A stretch of DNA of 64,000 nucleotides from Verrucomicrobiales bacterium (GCA_038139415.1 JAYOSV010000019.1:1467-65466), one strand, 5' to 3'; counted from the first letter of the stretch, positions 29,875-40,067 are shown. The notes: generated by a model from the letters alone, not told the origin. A program made the numbers and translations.

Positions 29875-30804
29875 ATGCCCATTGATGCCTTGTCCCGCGA
29901 GATTGCCGAGCTGAAAGAGCGGCTGAACGCGGTGATTCTTGTGCATAACTATCAGGTGCCGGAGATTCAGGATATTGGCGATTACGTGGGAGATTCGCTG
30001 GGGCTCTCGCAGCAGGCGGCTGAAACCGATGCGGATGTGATCGTGTTCTGCGGCGTGCATTTCATGGCCGAGACCGCCAAGATTCTGTCGCCCAACAAGA
30101 CGGTGATTCTGCCCGATCGCGATGCCGGCTGTTCACTGGAGGAAAGCTGTCCGCCCGACAAACTACGCGAATTGCAGGCGACCAACCCGAATTTTTTTAC
30201 GGTCACCTATATTAACTGCAGTGCCGAAGTAAAGGCGCTCTCCGATGTCATTTGCACTAGCGGCAATGCGAAGAAAATTGTGGAGCAATGTCCGCCGGAC
30301 AAGGATCTCCTCTTTGTGCCGGACGAAAATCTCGGGCAATGGGTGATGGAACAAACCGGCCGGCCGATGACCCTCTGGCAAGGCAACTGTTATGTGCACG
30401 TGGAGTGGACACACGCCGCGATCACCAAGATCCGAGACGAATATCCCGACGCCCCGCTGGTCGCCCATCCCGAATGCACGAAGGCTGTTCAGATCCTTGC
30501 GGACGAAGTCTGCTCCACTGAAAAGATGGTGCACTACTGCCGCACCGTGGAAAGTGATTCGGTGATCATTGCCACCGAGGCCGGCATGTTGCACCGGTTG
30601 CAAAAAGAGTGCCCTGATAAAAAATTCATTCCTGCCCCGACTGAAAAATGCGCCTGCAACGAGTGTCACTTCATGAAAATGAACACGCTCGAAAAAGTCC
30701 GCGACTGCATGCGCGATTTGACGCCGCAAGTGGAGCTCTCGCCCGAGATCCTCGAGCGCGCCAAACTCCCCATCGAGCGCATGCTCGAATGGACAGCGCG
30801 GTAG
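29875..30804 (+). CDS. nadA: Quinolinate synthase
   Basis: ILVHNYQ, GDSLGLS, FCGVHFMAETAKIL, AGCSL, YINCSA, AHPEC, C..MKMNTL; start ATG 29875 (or GTG 29863). Confidence 0.95.
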   Translation: MPIDALSREIAELKERLNAVILVHNYQVPEIQDIGDYVGDSLGLSQQAAETDADVIVFCGVHFMAETAKILSPNKTVILPDRDAGCSLEESCPPDKLRELQATNPNFFTVTYINCSAEVKALSDVICTSGNAKKIVEQCPPDKDLLFVPDENLGQWVMEQTGRPMTLWQGNCYVHVEWTHAAITKIRDEYPDAPLVAHPECTKAVQILADEVCSTEKMVHYCRTVESDSVIIATEAGMLHRLQKECPDKKFIPAPTEKCACNECHFMKMNTLEKVRDCMRDLTPQVELSPEILERAKLPIERMLEWTAR

Positions 30805-31043
30805 CGTTTGTATTTGTTTGCATTGCTCCTTGTCTCGTTTATCTCATCTGCCGCCGAACGATTGCCGCGACTTGACCTGTTGAATTTTCTCGATTCCGAG
30901 GGCATAGTGGCAGGGATGGTGCCGTTACCGGGTAAGGAGCGGCGCTTGGGTTTGGCCGTGCAGGTGGAGGAGGAAGTGGATGCTGGCAAATACATCCACC
31001 ACCGACCTCGGGTCAAGCAACCGAGATTAGGATTTAGTAAACT

Positions 31044-31493
31044 ATGGCAAAGCCCGAACCTGACCCGATTGATCCGAATGAACTGCCGACCTTAGCGCAG
31101 GCAACCATGGCGGATGCGAAATTTCCCATGCTGGCGAGCCTCGACGGCGATCAGCCGCGGCTCCGTCCTGTTTCTCCTGTGAAGACCGACGGCTTCACCG
31201 TGTACGTCGCCAACCTCAAGGCCTACCACAAAACGCAGGAGATTGCCGCCAACCCGAAAGTGGAATTATGCTACATGGACAGCCGACACGATCAGGTGCG
31301 CATCACCGGCCGCGCTGAAGTGTTGGACGACGCTGACGCGGTTCAATCCATCTGGGACAGTAACCCGCTCCTCCGCCAATACCTCGGCACCCCGGACAAC
31401 CCCATGCTGATCATCTACAAGGTCATCCCCGAGCAAGTCCGTTTCATGCGCGAATGGGCGTTGGAATATCATGAGGTAGACTTGAATTTGTAG
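31044..31493 (+). CDS. Pyridoxamine 5'-phosphate oxidase-like FMN-binding protein
   Basis: LASLDGDQPRLRPV, KTQEIAANPKVELCY, QVRITGRAE split-barrel motifs. Confidence 0.8.
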   Translation: MAKPEPDPIDPNELPTLAQATMADAKFPMLASLDGDQPRLRPVSPVKTDGFTVYVANLKAYHKTQEIAANPKVELCYMDSRHDQVRITGRAEVLDDADAVQSIWDSNPLLRQYLGTPDNPMLIIYKVIPEQVRFMREWALEYHEVDLNL

Positions 31494-31540
31494 ACATGAG
31501 GTTGGCTCTCATGTCTCTCGTATGAGGCTTTAAGAAAAAA

Positions 31541-31616
31541 TGGAGCCAGATACCCGACTTGAACGGGTGACCTGCAGGTTACAAAACTGCTGCTCTACCA
31601 ACTGAGCTAATCTGGC
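31541..31616 (-). tRNA. tRNA-Thr(UGU)
   Basis: Reverse complement GCCAGATTAGCTCAGTTGGTAGAGCAGCAGTTTTGTAACCTGCAGGTCACCCGTTCAAGTCGGGTATCTGGCTCCA folds as a cloverleaf with anticodon TGT and encoded CCA. Confidence 0.95.
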
Positions 31617-31675
31617 CCGAAGGCCGGGAGACTAATGCAGATTCAAATATTTGTCGAGACCTGAGCCGGGTGAAG

Positions 31676-32656
31676 TCAACCAAACCAGCCGGATTTTGCG
31701 CCGCTGCGTTTTTGGAGCAGTTCGCTGCGGGAGGCTTCGAGAGTGAGAATCATTTCGTCGTAGTCGCGGAAGCGCTTTTCCGGATCTTTATTCATAGCGC
31801 GGAGGATGGCGCCTTCCGTATTGGCACTGATGTCGCGGACGATTTTGCGCGGTGGGGTGATACGTGTTTTCACGTGCGCCCAAACGGTTTCCTCAACGGT
31901 GTTGCCGTTGAAGGGGACCTGACCCGTGAGGGCGTGGTAGAGGGTGGCGCCCAGGGAATACATGTCTGACCGGAAATCCTGCACGCCGCGGGCCACGCGT
32001 TCGGGGGCGATATAAAAAGGGGTGCCGACTAGACCTTCGGCGGAACGGGGTTCATTGATTTTGCGGGCGATGCCGAAGTCGGTTAGCTTGGGTTCGCCAT
32101 CGACGTTGTAGAGAATGTTGTCGGGCTTGAGGTCGAGATGGATGAGATCTTTTTTGCGGACTAGCTCTAGGGCGCCGGCGATTTTGATGCCGGCATCAAG
32201 CACATAGAGTTCATCCACCCGCCCGTTTTTCTGGATCAACCCATCGAGGTCCCCGCGGTCGGCTACTTCCATGACTAGGTATTTGTAACCTTTGAATTGG
32301 CCGTAGTTGTAGACCTGCACGATGTTGGTGTGGTTCAGCGAAGCCTGATATTGGGCTTCGCGGAAAAAACCGGCCATGGCGTTGGTGTCGCCGGTGAATT
32401 CCGGTTGCATCAGCTTGACGGCTACGTCGCGATCTAGAATCTCGTCGTGGGCGCGATAGACTGTGGCCATGCCGCCTGAACCACACACCGCGCGCAGTTC
32501 AAACTGATCCAGCTTCACGGGGGTCATCACCGCGTGGCCGCAATTACTGCAGTTGGAATGCTGAAACATGCCCAGATTAGCCGGAATAAACGTACTCGTG
32601 CCACAGCGTTCGCATGGTACGCGTTTCACAGCTCGATTGGGGGGCGGAGTGCTCAT
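31676..32656 (-). CDS. Hanks-type Ser/Thr protein kinase with N-terminal Zn ribbon
   Basis: GSGGMATVY, VAVK, HLDLKPDN, DFG, GTPFYIAPE, SDMYSLG; CERC..CSNC. Confidence 0.9.
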   Translation of the reverse strand: MSTPPPNRAVKRVPCERCGTSTFIPANLGMFQHSNCSNCGHAVMTPVKLDQFELRAVCGSGGMATVYRAHDEILDRDVAVKLMQPEFTGDTNAMAGFFREAQYQASLNHTNIVQVYNYGQFKGYKYLVMEVADRGDLDGLIQKNGRVDELYVLDAGIKIAGALELVRKKDLIHLDLKPDNILYNVDGEPKLTDFGIARKINEPRSAEGLVGTPFYIAPERVARGVQDFRSDMYSLGATLYHALTGQVPFNGNTVEETVWAHVKTRITPPRKIVRDISANTEGAILRAMNKDPEKRFRDYDEMILTLEASRSELLQKRSGAKSGWFG

Positions 32657-32806
32657 CCTTAAATACGGTGGATCGTTTTGCCCGAAGAGTGGGCTCGAAT
32701 CAATCCTGAATTCATGCGGTTCGCTCGCGATTTGGTTTGAATCAACGGTTGCTTTTTGATAGTAAACAAGCTCTGGAACGCGCTTTAGTCGCGGGCCACT
32801 GCGCGC

Positions 32807-34600
32807 ATGAAAAACCCATTAAACTGGCTGGGCTGGCTTGGGCTGATGTTCCTGCTGGCGGGGACGACCGGATTGAGCGGAGCAGACGTTTCCGAAGCCG
32901 CTGGGAACACAACCGAATCCGCCTTACTCCCGGGGCATGCCGAGCCTCACAGTGAGACGCATGGCGAAGACCACGCCCACCATCACGGCGTGGAAGGCCA
33001 AGGTCTGAGCGTATTGTGGGTGATTCCTTTTGCCGGCATGCTGTTATCCATCGCCTTGGGGCCCATTTTGGCACCACATTTTTGGCATGCGAACTACGGC
33101 AAAGTTGCGGCCGGCTGGATCGTCCTATTTTCGATTCCGTTTTTGGCCACTTACAAGGGCGATGCGTTTTACGAAATCCTGCATATCGTGCTGCTGGATT
33201 ATGTGCCGTTTATCATTCTATTGGGGGCGCTCTTCACGGCGGCCGGCGGGATTTGCCTGAAAGGCAGCCTGCGCGGTTCGCCAACGGTGAACACGGCGAT
33301 TCTTTTTATCGGCACGGTGCTGGCCAGCTGGATGGGGACGACGGGCGCGGCGATGCTGCTCATTCGGCCGATTCTACGGGCAAACGCCTGGCGTAAAAAT
33401 AAGGTGCACGTGGTCGTGTTCTTTATTTTTCTGGTGGCCAATATTGGCGGTTCATTGACTCCGCTGGGGGATCCTCCCTTGTTCCTCGGTTTTCTTAAGG
33501 GTGTAGACTTTTTTTGGACTATGAAACTCCTGCCGGTAATGACACCGGTTGCACTCTTTCTGTTAGCGGTATTTTTCATCTTCGATACCATCATGTTCAA
33601 GAAGGAAGGTCCGGCCCCAGATGATGGTGAGAAAGTGCCGCTGAAACTGGAAGGCACAATCAACTTCGCCCTGATCGGCTGTATCATTGGGGCAATTCTA
33701 CTGTCCACTTGGCTGGGGAAAAACAAGTTTACTGATTCGTCTGTGGGCGAAAAGATGAAGCCGGCTATTGAAGCGGCAGTGTTTGAGATGAAGGAGGCGA
33801 AAGCGGATCTGAGTAATTATGTGGAAACGAATGCAGATGCGACTTTTGATGAATCCAATCAGGAATATCACCAGAAACGCGTGACTCATCTCGATGCCGT
33901 TTCCGCAGTGAACCAATTGCGGGCAAAGAAGACCCACGATGAAACGATGGGGCTGCATGTGTTTGGTGTGACGGTGTCGTTTTCCAATCTGGTTCGTGAT
34001 GGGTTGTTGATTTTGATCGCGTTGCTCAGCCTAAAGCTGACGCCGATGTACAGGACAGTGAAGGATGAACACGGACATGAGGTAGCGGCTGAAGGCGAGG
34101 AGAAATCGAATGTGCGCGCGGCTAATGGCTTCACATGGGAGCCGATCCTCGAGGTGGCCAAGCTCTTCATCGCGATATTCATCTGCATGATTCCGGCGTT
34201 AAAAATTCTCCAGGCCGGTGTGAATGGCGGCTTGTCCAGTGTGGTGTTGGCGGTGCAAAGCAGTACGAATGATCCTGTAAACATGATGTATTTCTGGCTC
34301 ACCGGCATCCTGTCCAGTTTCCTGGATAACGCCCCGACGTACGTGGTGTTCTTCAACACTGCCGGCGGCGATCCCACTTCGTTGATGGGGCCGTTGGGGC
34401 AGACGCTGTTGGCGATTAGCTGTGGCGCGGTGTTCATGGGAGCTGTCACCTACATTGGCAACGCGCCTAACTTCATGGTGAAAGCCATTGCAGAGGAGAA
34501 TGGGGTTAAAATGCCGAGTTTCTTTGGCTACATGGCTTGGAGCGTGGCGATCCTGATCCCGACCTTTATCATCGTGACCCTGATCTATTTCCGGAGCTAA
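32807..34600 (+). CDS. Putative Na+/H+ antiporter (ion transporter superfamily)
   Basis: GTTGAAMLL, ANIGGSLTPLGDPPLFLG, SSFLDNAPTY, YIGNAPNFMVK; His-rich N-terminus. Confidence 0.85.
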   Translation: MKNPLNWLGWLGLMFLLAGTTGLSGADVSEAAGNTTESALLPGHAEPHSETHGEDHAHHHGVEGQGLSVLWVIPFAGMLLSIALGPILAPHFWHANYGKVAAGWIVLFSIPFLATYKGDAFYEILHIVLLDYVPFIILLGALFTAAGGICLKGSLRGSPTVNTAILFIGTVLASWMGTTGAAMLLIRPILRANAWRKNKVHVVVFFIFLVANIGGSLTPLGDPPLFLGFLKGVDFFWTMKLLPVMTPVALFLLAVFFIFDTIMFKKEGPAPDDGEKVPLKLEGTINFALIGCIIGAILLSTWLGKNKFTDSSVGEKMKPAIEAAVFEMKEAKADLSNYVETNADATFDESNQEYHQKRVTHLDAVSAVNQLRAKKTHDETMGLHVFGVTVSFSNLVRDGLLILIALLSLKLTPMYRTVKDEHGHEVAAEGEEKSNVRAANGFTWEPILEVAKLFIAIFICMIPALKILQAGVNGGLSSVVLAVQSSTNDPVNMMYFWLTGILSSFLDNAPTYVVFFNTAGGDPTSLMGPLGQTLLAISCGAVFMGAVTYIGNAPNFMVKAIAEENGVKMPSFFGYMAWSVAILIPTFIIVTLIYFRS

Positions 34601-34653
34601 CACAGTAGCAAATCTCGACCGGCTTCAGGGTTTGTGGCAGAAAAGTCCGGCGC

Positions 34654-35946
34654 ATGCGGCTGCTTTACAACATTTTATTTCCCGTTCTATTTCTGCTGGC
34701 AGCGCCGTTTTATTGCTGGAAACTCGTGCGGCGAGGGAATTGGCGCGTGGGCTTCGCGCAACGGTTTGGGGCGTATGGTGAGCTGACGGAGCAATTGAAA
34801 AATCAGCGCGTGATTTGGCTGCATGCGGTGTCTGTCGGCGAAGCCAATCTGGCCGTGCAACTGGTGGAGCGTTTGCAGGCTGCCGATTCGGAGTCAGTTT
34901 ATGTGGTTTCCACCACAACGACCACCGGCATGGGCGTATTGCAGCGGCGTTTGCAGGCGGGAGTGAACGCAGTTTATTACCCGATCGATTGGCTGCCATT
35001 TGTGAAACGGGCCTTCAAGGCATTGAACCCGGCGGCAGTCGTGCTGGTGGAGGCAGAGATTTGGCCGAATTTATTTTGGGAAGCCGAGACGCGTTCGGTG
35101 CCGATGACTCTGGTCAACGCGCGGCTTTCGGAGCGGTCGTTCCGTGGGTATCAACGGTTTGGGTTGCTCTTCCGCCCATTGTTTCAGTCCCTGTGCGCGG
35201 CGGGCGTGCATCACGAGGCGGATGCGCGCCGATTGGAATCATTGGGCACACGGCCGGAAGTCATTAGCGTGACGGGAAACCTGAAGTTTGATGGCGCTCC
35301 GGGCGGAATCTTATCGGGCTGTGATGCGCGCGGGATTCTGCATCAGCTGAATGTGCCGGCTGCGGCACCGGTGTTGGTGGCCGGTAGTACTTTTGAAGGA
35401 GAGGAATTGTTGATGGCGGAATTGTTGCCGCGCTGGCGCGCGGTGGCGCCGGATTTATTTTTGGTGATTGTCCCGCGCCATTTTGAACGGGGCGCTGCAG
35501 TGCAAGAGCAGTTGCGATCAGCCGGATGGAAAGTGGCCCGCCGAACAGAGCTGGACAAGGCTCCGTCCCAGCCTGATGTTTTGCTGGTGGATAGCACCGG
35601 CGAATTGACGGCCTTTTATGAAATGGCGACGTTGGTGTTTGTGGGTAAAAGCCTGACGGCGCAAGGCGGACAGAATCCGATCGAGCCGGCGGCCTTGGGA
35701 CGGTCGATGGTGTTCGGGCCGTTTATGCAGAACTTTCGGGCGGTGGTGCGCGAACTGCTCCAAGCCGAGGCAGCTCGGCAGGTTCAGGATGAAGCGGAAT
35801 TGGCCGAAACAGTGGGGTTTTTACTGGAAAACCCCACCGAACGAGAGGCGTTAGGGAAGGCGGCTAAGAGTGTGGTGGAGGCAAACAAAGGCGCCACGCA
35901 GCGGACGGCCGATATGCTCGGGCAATCGCTACGGGCGTTGAATTAA
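34654..35946 (+). CDS. waaA: 3-deoxy-D-manno-octulosonic acid transferase
   Basis: IWLHAVSVGE, EAEIWPN, NARLSERS, GNLKFD, VPRHFER, GGQNPIEPA. Confidence 0.93.
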   Translation: MRLLYNILFPVLFLLAAPFYCWKLVRRGNWRVGFAQRFGAYGELTEQLKNQRVIWLHAVSVGEANLAVQLVERLQAADSESVYVVSTTTTTGMGVLQRRLQAGVNAVYYPIDWLPFVKRAFKALNPAAVVLVEAEIWPNLFWEAETRSVPMTLVNARLSERSFRGYQRFGLLFRPLFQSLCAAGVHHEADARRLESLGTRPEVISVTGNLKFDGAPGGILSGCDARGILHQLNVPAAAPVLVAGSTFEGEELLMAELLPRWRAVAPDLFLVIVPRHFERGAAVQEQLRSAGWKVARRTELDKAPSQPDVLLVDSTGELTAFYEMATLVFVGKSLTAQGGQNPIEPAALGRSMVFGPFMQNFRAVVRELLQAEAARQVQDEAELAETVGFLLENPTEREALGKAAKSVVEANKGATQRTADMLGQSLRALN

Positions 35947-35958
35947 CTGAATGGCGCC

Positions 35959-36276
35959 CTAGTGGGCTTGGTCAGGATCGGGCTTTTTCTTCAGGAGCTT
36001 TTTCACCTGATCGCGTTTGCCCTCCTGCATCATCCGCCACATTTGAATGACTCGCTCGTGGGTTATGTTCCGGCCAACCACGCGCGTGTCGTAGTTGAGT
36101 TCATAAAACTCCACGAAGCCATTCTCATAGACGTCCAATTTCCATCCTTCGTCGTCTTTCAGGGTTATGTTCAGATACTCAGTTCCTGGCGTCTCGAGTT
36201 CCTCGAGTACGGATAAAACCTCGCCAGTGCTGGGATCCTTGAACTCCACCTCTTGTTTCTTGAGGTATGTCGTCAT
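35959..36276 (-). CDS. Hypothetical protein
   Basis: 105-aa ORF preceded by a GGAGGTG Shine-Dalgarno; fills the intergenic space. Confidence 0.65.
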   Translation of the reverse strand: MTTYLKKQEVEFKDPSTGEVLSVLEELETPGTEYLNITLKDDEGWKLDVYENGFVEFYELNYDTRVVGRNITHERVIQMWRMMQEGKRDQVKKLLKKKPDPDQAH

Positions 36277-36354
36277 ATTCCACCTCCCAATGCTTCCAGA
36301 AAAGAAGCGTCCTCCTTGGAGGGATCAAACGCCTGCGGCATGGAGTGGTCAAGT

Positions 36355-36383
36355 AAAATGCCGGTGAGTTGTTCACCGGCATT
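36355..36383 (-). terminator. Terminator-like hairpin after the PilT-like gene
   Basis: 11-bp stem aatgccggtga/tcaccggcatt with a short T-tract on the minus strand. Confidence 0.6.
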
Positions 36384-36407
36384 ACGTTATTGAATTGAAA
36401 TTGAAAC

Positions 36408-38126
36408 CTAAACGATGCCGGCGCTGATCTCGATGCCTTGGAACCACATCTCCAGTTGCTGGGCGCTAGTGCAGTTTTCATAGGCCACCTTCTTAGAGAT
36501 GCGGCCTTCTTGTACGAGGTTGTACATGTAGCGGTTGAAGCTAATCATGCCGTCGTCACCGGATACCTCAATACAGGCGGGCAGCTTGTTGAGTTCGCCG
36601 TCGAAGATTTTCTGCTTCACGAGCGGCGTGCCGATCATGATTTCCTGCGCCGGCACCATGCCGCCATCAATTGTGGGGCACATGCGCTGGGCTATGGCGC
36701 CCACGATGACCTCGCTGTATTTCTTGCGTTGCATCTCGCGTTCCTCCTCCGGGAAGAAATCAAGCAGACGCCCGGGGACAGAGGCTGCCGTTCGGGTGTG
36801 AACAGTGGACAGTACCATGGCGCCAGTATCGGCTGCGCGCATGGCCGCGCCGATGGAGATGGCATCCCGCATCTCACCCACCAGCACGAGGTCGGGATCC
36901 TCACGGAGGGCGCTCTTGAGAGCGCGGTTAAAGCTCATGGTATCGAGGCCCACTTCGCGCTGCTCAATGACGCATTGTTCGTCCTCAAACATCATTTCCA
37001 CCGGATCCTCGATAGTGACAATGTGGCGGCGGAAATTCTTGTTCAAGTGCATCACCATGGCGGCCATGGTGGTAGATTTACCGGAGCCGGTAATGCCCGC
37101 CAGCAGGGTGAGGCCACGCTTGGCTTCGGCGAGCTTGAGGCAAATGGGGTTGATGCCCAGTTTCTCGATGGGCGGTAGATCGTTTTTGATGTACCGCATG
37201 GCGATCGCCCATTTGCCGGTCTGGGAAAATACGTTTACCCGGAATCGGCCGAACTTGGGGTTGAAGTACGAGAAGTCGACCTCCCGATCCTTCTTGAAAT
37301 CATCCACAAAGTGCTCGGGGCACATGTTGAAGATGATCCGTTCAATCCATTTTTTGGTTGGTTTTGGAAAATCCCGGTCGCGCAAGCCACGGCTCATACG
37401 GAAGTGGACGTATTCATCCTCCTTAATGTGGAGGTCGGCCACATCTTCATTGACGGCATCCTGCAGAATGAGATCAAAAAGGCGCAAGTCTTCGTCCTCA
37501 ATGGACATGTCCGACTCCAGACCGTTCCAGCACTCGGAGCTTTCATCGGAGATACTGAGATAGCCGGCGGGGAAACGCAAACTGATGTCCTCGTCCTCGG
37601 CCAATTGCACGCCGCCAGCTGTTTCGTCCTTGGGTCGGTCTTTGAGTGGGATTTTTTTGAGGGCGATATCTTCAGCACTCAGGATGATGCCATCTTTGCC
37701 TTCGGCTTCGTTGCCGCCACCTCCCGTGTCCTCGGCCGGCGCTTGCTCGGGTTCGGCAATGGCAATCTCGGGAACTGCTTCTGCGGTAGGGGCGACTTCG
37801 CCTGCGGGTAAAGTTTCCGGGGCGGCTTCGGCCACTGCCGCTTGTTCCAAGGTAGGGGCGGCGGGAATGATTTCAGGTGTTTCCTCGGCCACGGGGGCTT
37901 CCGGAGCCATTGGCGGCGCGGGTGGAGCGGGATCGGGCTCAGTTGCTGGCGGCGCGGGCGGGGCGGCTTCTGGCGCGGGGGCGGGTGGGGCAGGCGGTGC
38001 GAGCTCGGCTCCGGGAGGTGGTGGTGGGGCCCCTAAATCGATTGGAGTGGGCGCTGCGGGTGGAGCTGGAGGGGCGGCGTCAGCGGGAGCCGGGGCGGGT
38101 GGCGGAGGTGGCGGCGCGGTGTCCAT
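36408..38126 (-). CDS. PilT/PilU family type IV pilus ATPase with a long Pro/Ala/Glu-rich N-terminal extension
   Basis: GRFRVNVF, Walker A GITGSGKST, TIEDPVE, ALREDPDLVLVGEMRD, STVH. Confidence 0.88.
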   Translation of the reverse strand: MDTAPPPPPPAPAPADAAPPAPPAAPTPIDLGAPPPPPGAELAPPAPPAPAPEAAPPAPPATEPDPAPPAPPMAPEAPVAEETPEIIPAAPTLEQAAVAEAAPETLPAGEVAPTAEAVPEIAIAEPEQAPAEDTGGGGNEAEGKDGIILSAEDIALKKIPLKDRPKDETAGGVQLAEDEDISLRFPAGYLSISDESSECWNGLESDMSIEDEDLRLFDLILQDAVNEDVADLHIKEDEYVHFRMSRGLRDRDFPKPTKKWIERIIFNMCPEHFVDDFKKDREVDFSYFNPKFGRFRVNVFSQTGKWAIAMRYIKNDLPPIEKLGINPICLKLAEAKRGLTLLAGITGSGKSTTMAAMVMHLNKNFRRHIVTIEDPVEMMFEDEQCVIEQREVGLDTMSFNRALKSALREDPDLVLVGEMRDAISIGAAMRAADTGAMVLSTVHTRTAASVPGRLLDFFPEEEREMQRKKYSEVIVGAIAQRMCPTIDGGMVPAQEIMIGTPLVKQKIFDGELNKLPACIEVSGDDGMISFNRYMYNLVQEGRISKKVAYENCTSAQQLEMWFQGIEISAGIV

Positions 38127-38192
38127 TTGACCCACTTTACTGCCGGAATTATGAAAAAGCAACCGCGACGGCCGGTTTGGAGGGGGAGTTAT

Positions 38193-39191
38193 TTACCACT
38201 CCAACACTGTGGCACCCCAAGTGAGACCGGCGCCGAAGGCGATGATCAGTATTTTATCGCCGCGCTCGATTTTGCCGGAGGAGAGCGCTTCATCGAGGGC
38301 TACGGCCACGCTGGCGGCGGAGGTGTTGCCATATTTCTGGAGATTCACAAACACCTGATCCTCACGTGCCCCCAGCCGATCGCCGATGGCGCTAATGATG
38401 CGCTGGTTGGCCTGGTGCGGGATGATGCATTTGATATCCTCAATACTCACACCGCTGCGGTCCAGCACATCCTTGGCGGCTGCGGTCATGGCGGTGACGG
38501 CGTTCTTGTAAACTTCCTTGCCTTCCATTTTGAGGAAGTGAATACGCTCGTTGACTGAATCGACGGTGGCGGGTTGACGGCAGCCGCCGCCAGGCATGGC
38601 GAGGATATCGGCCTTGGTGCCATCGCTGCCCAAGCGGGTGGCGAGCACGCCTCGGGCGCCTTCGCGGCGTTGGAGTACTGCAGCTCCGGCTCCGTCGCCG
38701 AAGAGCACGCAGGTGTTGCGGTCGGTCCAGTCGATAATGGAAGACAGTTTTTCAGCGCCGATGATCAACACGTTTTGGTACACGCCACTGGCAATGAAGG
38801 CGCGGCCCACTTCGAGGGCGTAGATAAATCCGGAACAAGCCGCTTCGAGATCGAACGCGGCGGCCTTGGCCGCACCGAGTTCCTGTTGCACCAGACAGGC
38901 GGTGGCGGGAAAGGGCATGTCGGGCGTGATGGTTGCCACGACAATGAGATCGAGATCGGCCGGTTCAAGCTCGGCCTGGGCCAGTGCTTTGCGGGCGGCG
39001 GCAACGGCCATGGTGGAAGTGAATTCGCCCTCGGCGGCCATGCGGCGTTGCTTGATGCCGGTGCGGGTGGTGATCCATTCGTCGTTGGTATCCACCATCT
39101 CGGCGAGATCGGCATTGGTGAGAACACGCTCGGGGACGTAGGAGCCGATGCCAGTAATGGCGCAGCCTTGCAGCTGGTTGGATTCACTCAT
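38193..39191 (-). CDS. fabH: 3-oxoacyl-ACP synthase III
   Basis: WITTRTGI, AACSGF, LFGDGAGA, PHQANQRII, YGNTSAAS, FGAGLTWG. Confidence 0.96.
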   Translation of the reverse strand: MSESNQLQGCAITGIGSYVPERVLTNADLAEMVDTNDEWITTRTGIKQRRMAAEGEFTSTMAVAAARKALAQAELEPADLDLIVVATITPDMPFPATACLVQQELGAAKAAAFDLEAACSGFIYALEVGRAFIASGVYQNVLIIGAEKLSSIIDWTDRNTCVLFGDGAGAAVLQRREGARGVLATRLGSDGTKADILAMPGGGCRQPATVDSVNERIHFLKMEGKEVYKNAVTAMTAAAKDVLDRSGVSIEDIKCIIPHQANQRIISAIGDRLGAREDQVFVNLQKYGNTSAASVAVALDEALSSGKIERGDKILIIAFGAGLTWGATVLEW

Positions 39192-39292
39192 GAATTCAGG
39201 GTCGCGCTGGGCGGCCTATGGGAGGGATCATAGGGGCAGGCCGGTCGGCAGGCAAGACCGGACGCCCAAAGGTCGGGGGGGGGAGAAAGACA

Positions 39293-39315
39293 AAGGAGCC
39301 CGCGAAGGGCTCCTT
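39293..39315 (-). terminator. Hairpin downstream of rpmF
   Basis: 9-bp stem aaggagccc/gggctcctt followed on the minus strand by a pyrimidine tract. Confidence 0.45.
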
Positions 39316-39345
39316 GACATAGCTTTGGCCGCAAGGCGATTGGCT

Positions 39346-39534
39346 TTAAAATCCGCCTTTTATGGTGATGATCTGTCGGCCCTTGTAAAAGCCGCAGCTG
39401 GGGCAGACGCGGTGAGCTTGAGCCGGTTCGCCGCACTGTTCGCAAGTCTGAAGTTTGGGCAGGGTCAGCACGCTATTGGACGCAATCCGCTTGCGTCGAC
39501 GGCTCCGGGAGGTTCGTCGTTTTGGTACAGCCAT
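39346..39534 (-). CDS. rpmF: 50S ribosomal protein L32
   Basis: MAVPKRRTSRSRR...CEQCG...HRVCPSCGFYKGRQ. Confidence 0.96.
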   Translation of the reverse strand: MAVPKRRTSRSRRRKRIASNSVLTLPKLQTCEQCGEPAQAHRVCPSCGFYKGRQIITIKGGF

Positions 39535-39552
39535 TGTTCTAGGACCTAAAGG

Positions 39553-40032
39553 TTATTGTTGTTTCCACTCTTCCAGCGCGTCCCATGTGGGGGACGTATC
39601 CGCCTCTATTTTCGTCGGTTCTTCCTGCTGGAACTCCAGCCCGCGGCACGTTTCGGCGCACAGGGGATGGTGCGGAAGGCCGAGCAAAATATCTTCACGG
39701 ATCCATGGGGTCAAGTCTACATATTCGCCAATTACCTCAATGGCTTCGTCGCCTTCGAGAGGTAAAATGCAACTCCATTCCGGGATATCCATGTTGAAAA
39801 CAAAGGGTTTTACGCACCGGGCACATTCGCATTGGAAGGTCATTTTAAGGCTGCCATGAACGAATACCGTGTCATCGGTTCGCAAGGCATCCAACTGGTA
39901 CAGAAGGGTTTCGGCCGAGCGAACGAGGTCGTGTTTGGCGCCGAGATCCAGCCCTAGCCCCTCGGCGGGGATCTCGCCATCCAAGTGGACATCCTGTTCC
40001 TTCAATTGGTCGATATGAATTTGGATCGTCAT
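39553..40032 (-). CDS. yceD: YceD/DUF177 family protein
   Basis: CARC...DLTPWIREDILLGLP..PLC..TCRGL...W.AL; directly upstream of rpmF. Confidence 0.85.
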   Translation of the reverse strand: MTIQIHIDQLKEQDVHLDGEIPAEGLGLDLGAKHDLVRSAETLLYQLDALRTDDTVFVHGSLKMTFQCECARCVKPFVFNMDIPEWSCILPLEGDEAIEVIGEYVDLTPWIREDILLGLPHHPLCAETCRGLEFQQEEPTKIEADTSPTWDALEEWKQQ

Positions 40033-40067
40033 GATCTCTTTGGGTTGCTCCCGTTTGGCGGGAGGGT

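Noticed and set aside
30808-31095. 95-aa ORF between nadA and the FMN-binding gene, and the 77-aa ORF at 45331-45564
   Set aside because: Weak start codons, no motifs and no clear RBS; not supportable from sequence alone.
31541-31616. tRNA-Thr as pseudogene (U-C mismatch at the base of the anticodon stem) or as the RT cassette integration site
   Set aside because: The rest of the cloverleaf and CCA are intact; I found no duplicate of its 3' end near the cassette, and nadA lies in between.
37860-38126. GC-rich quasi-repeats as a CRISPR or DNA repeat array
   Set aside because: They are codons of the Pro/Ala-rich protein tract; no constant repeat-spacer period and no cas genes.
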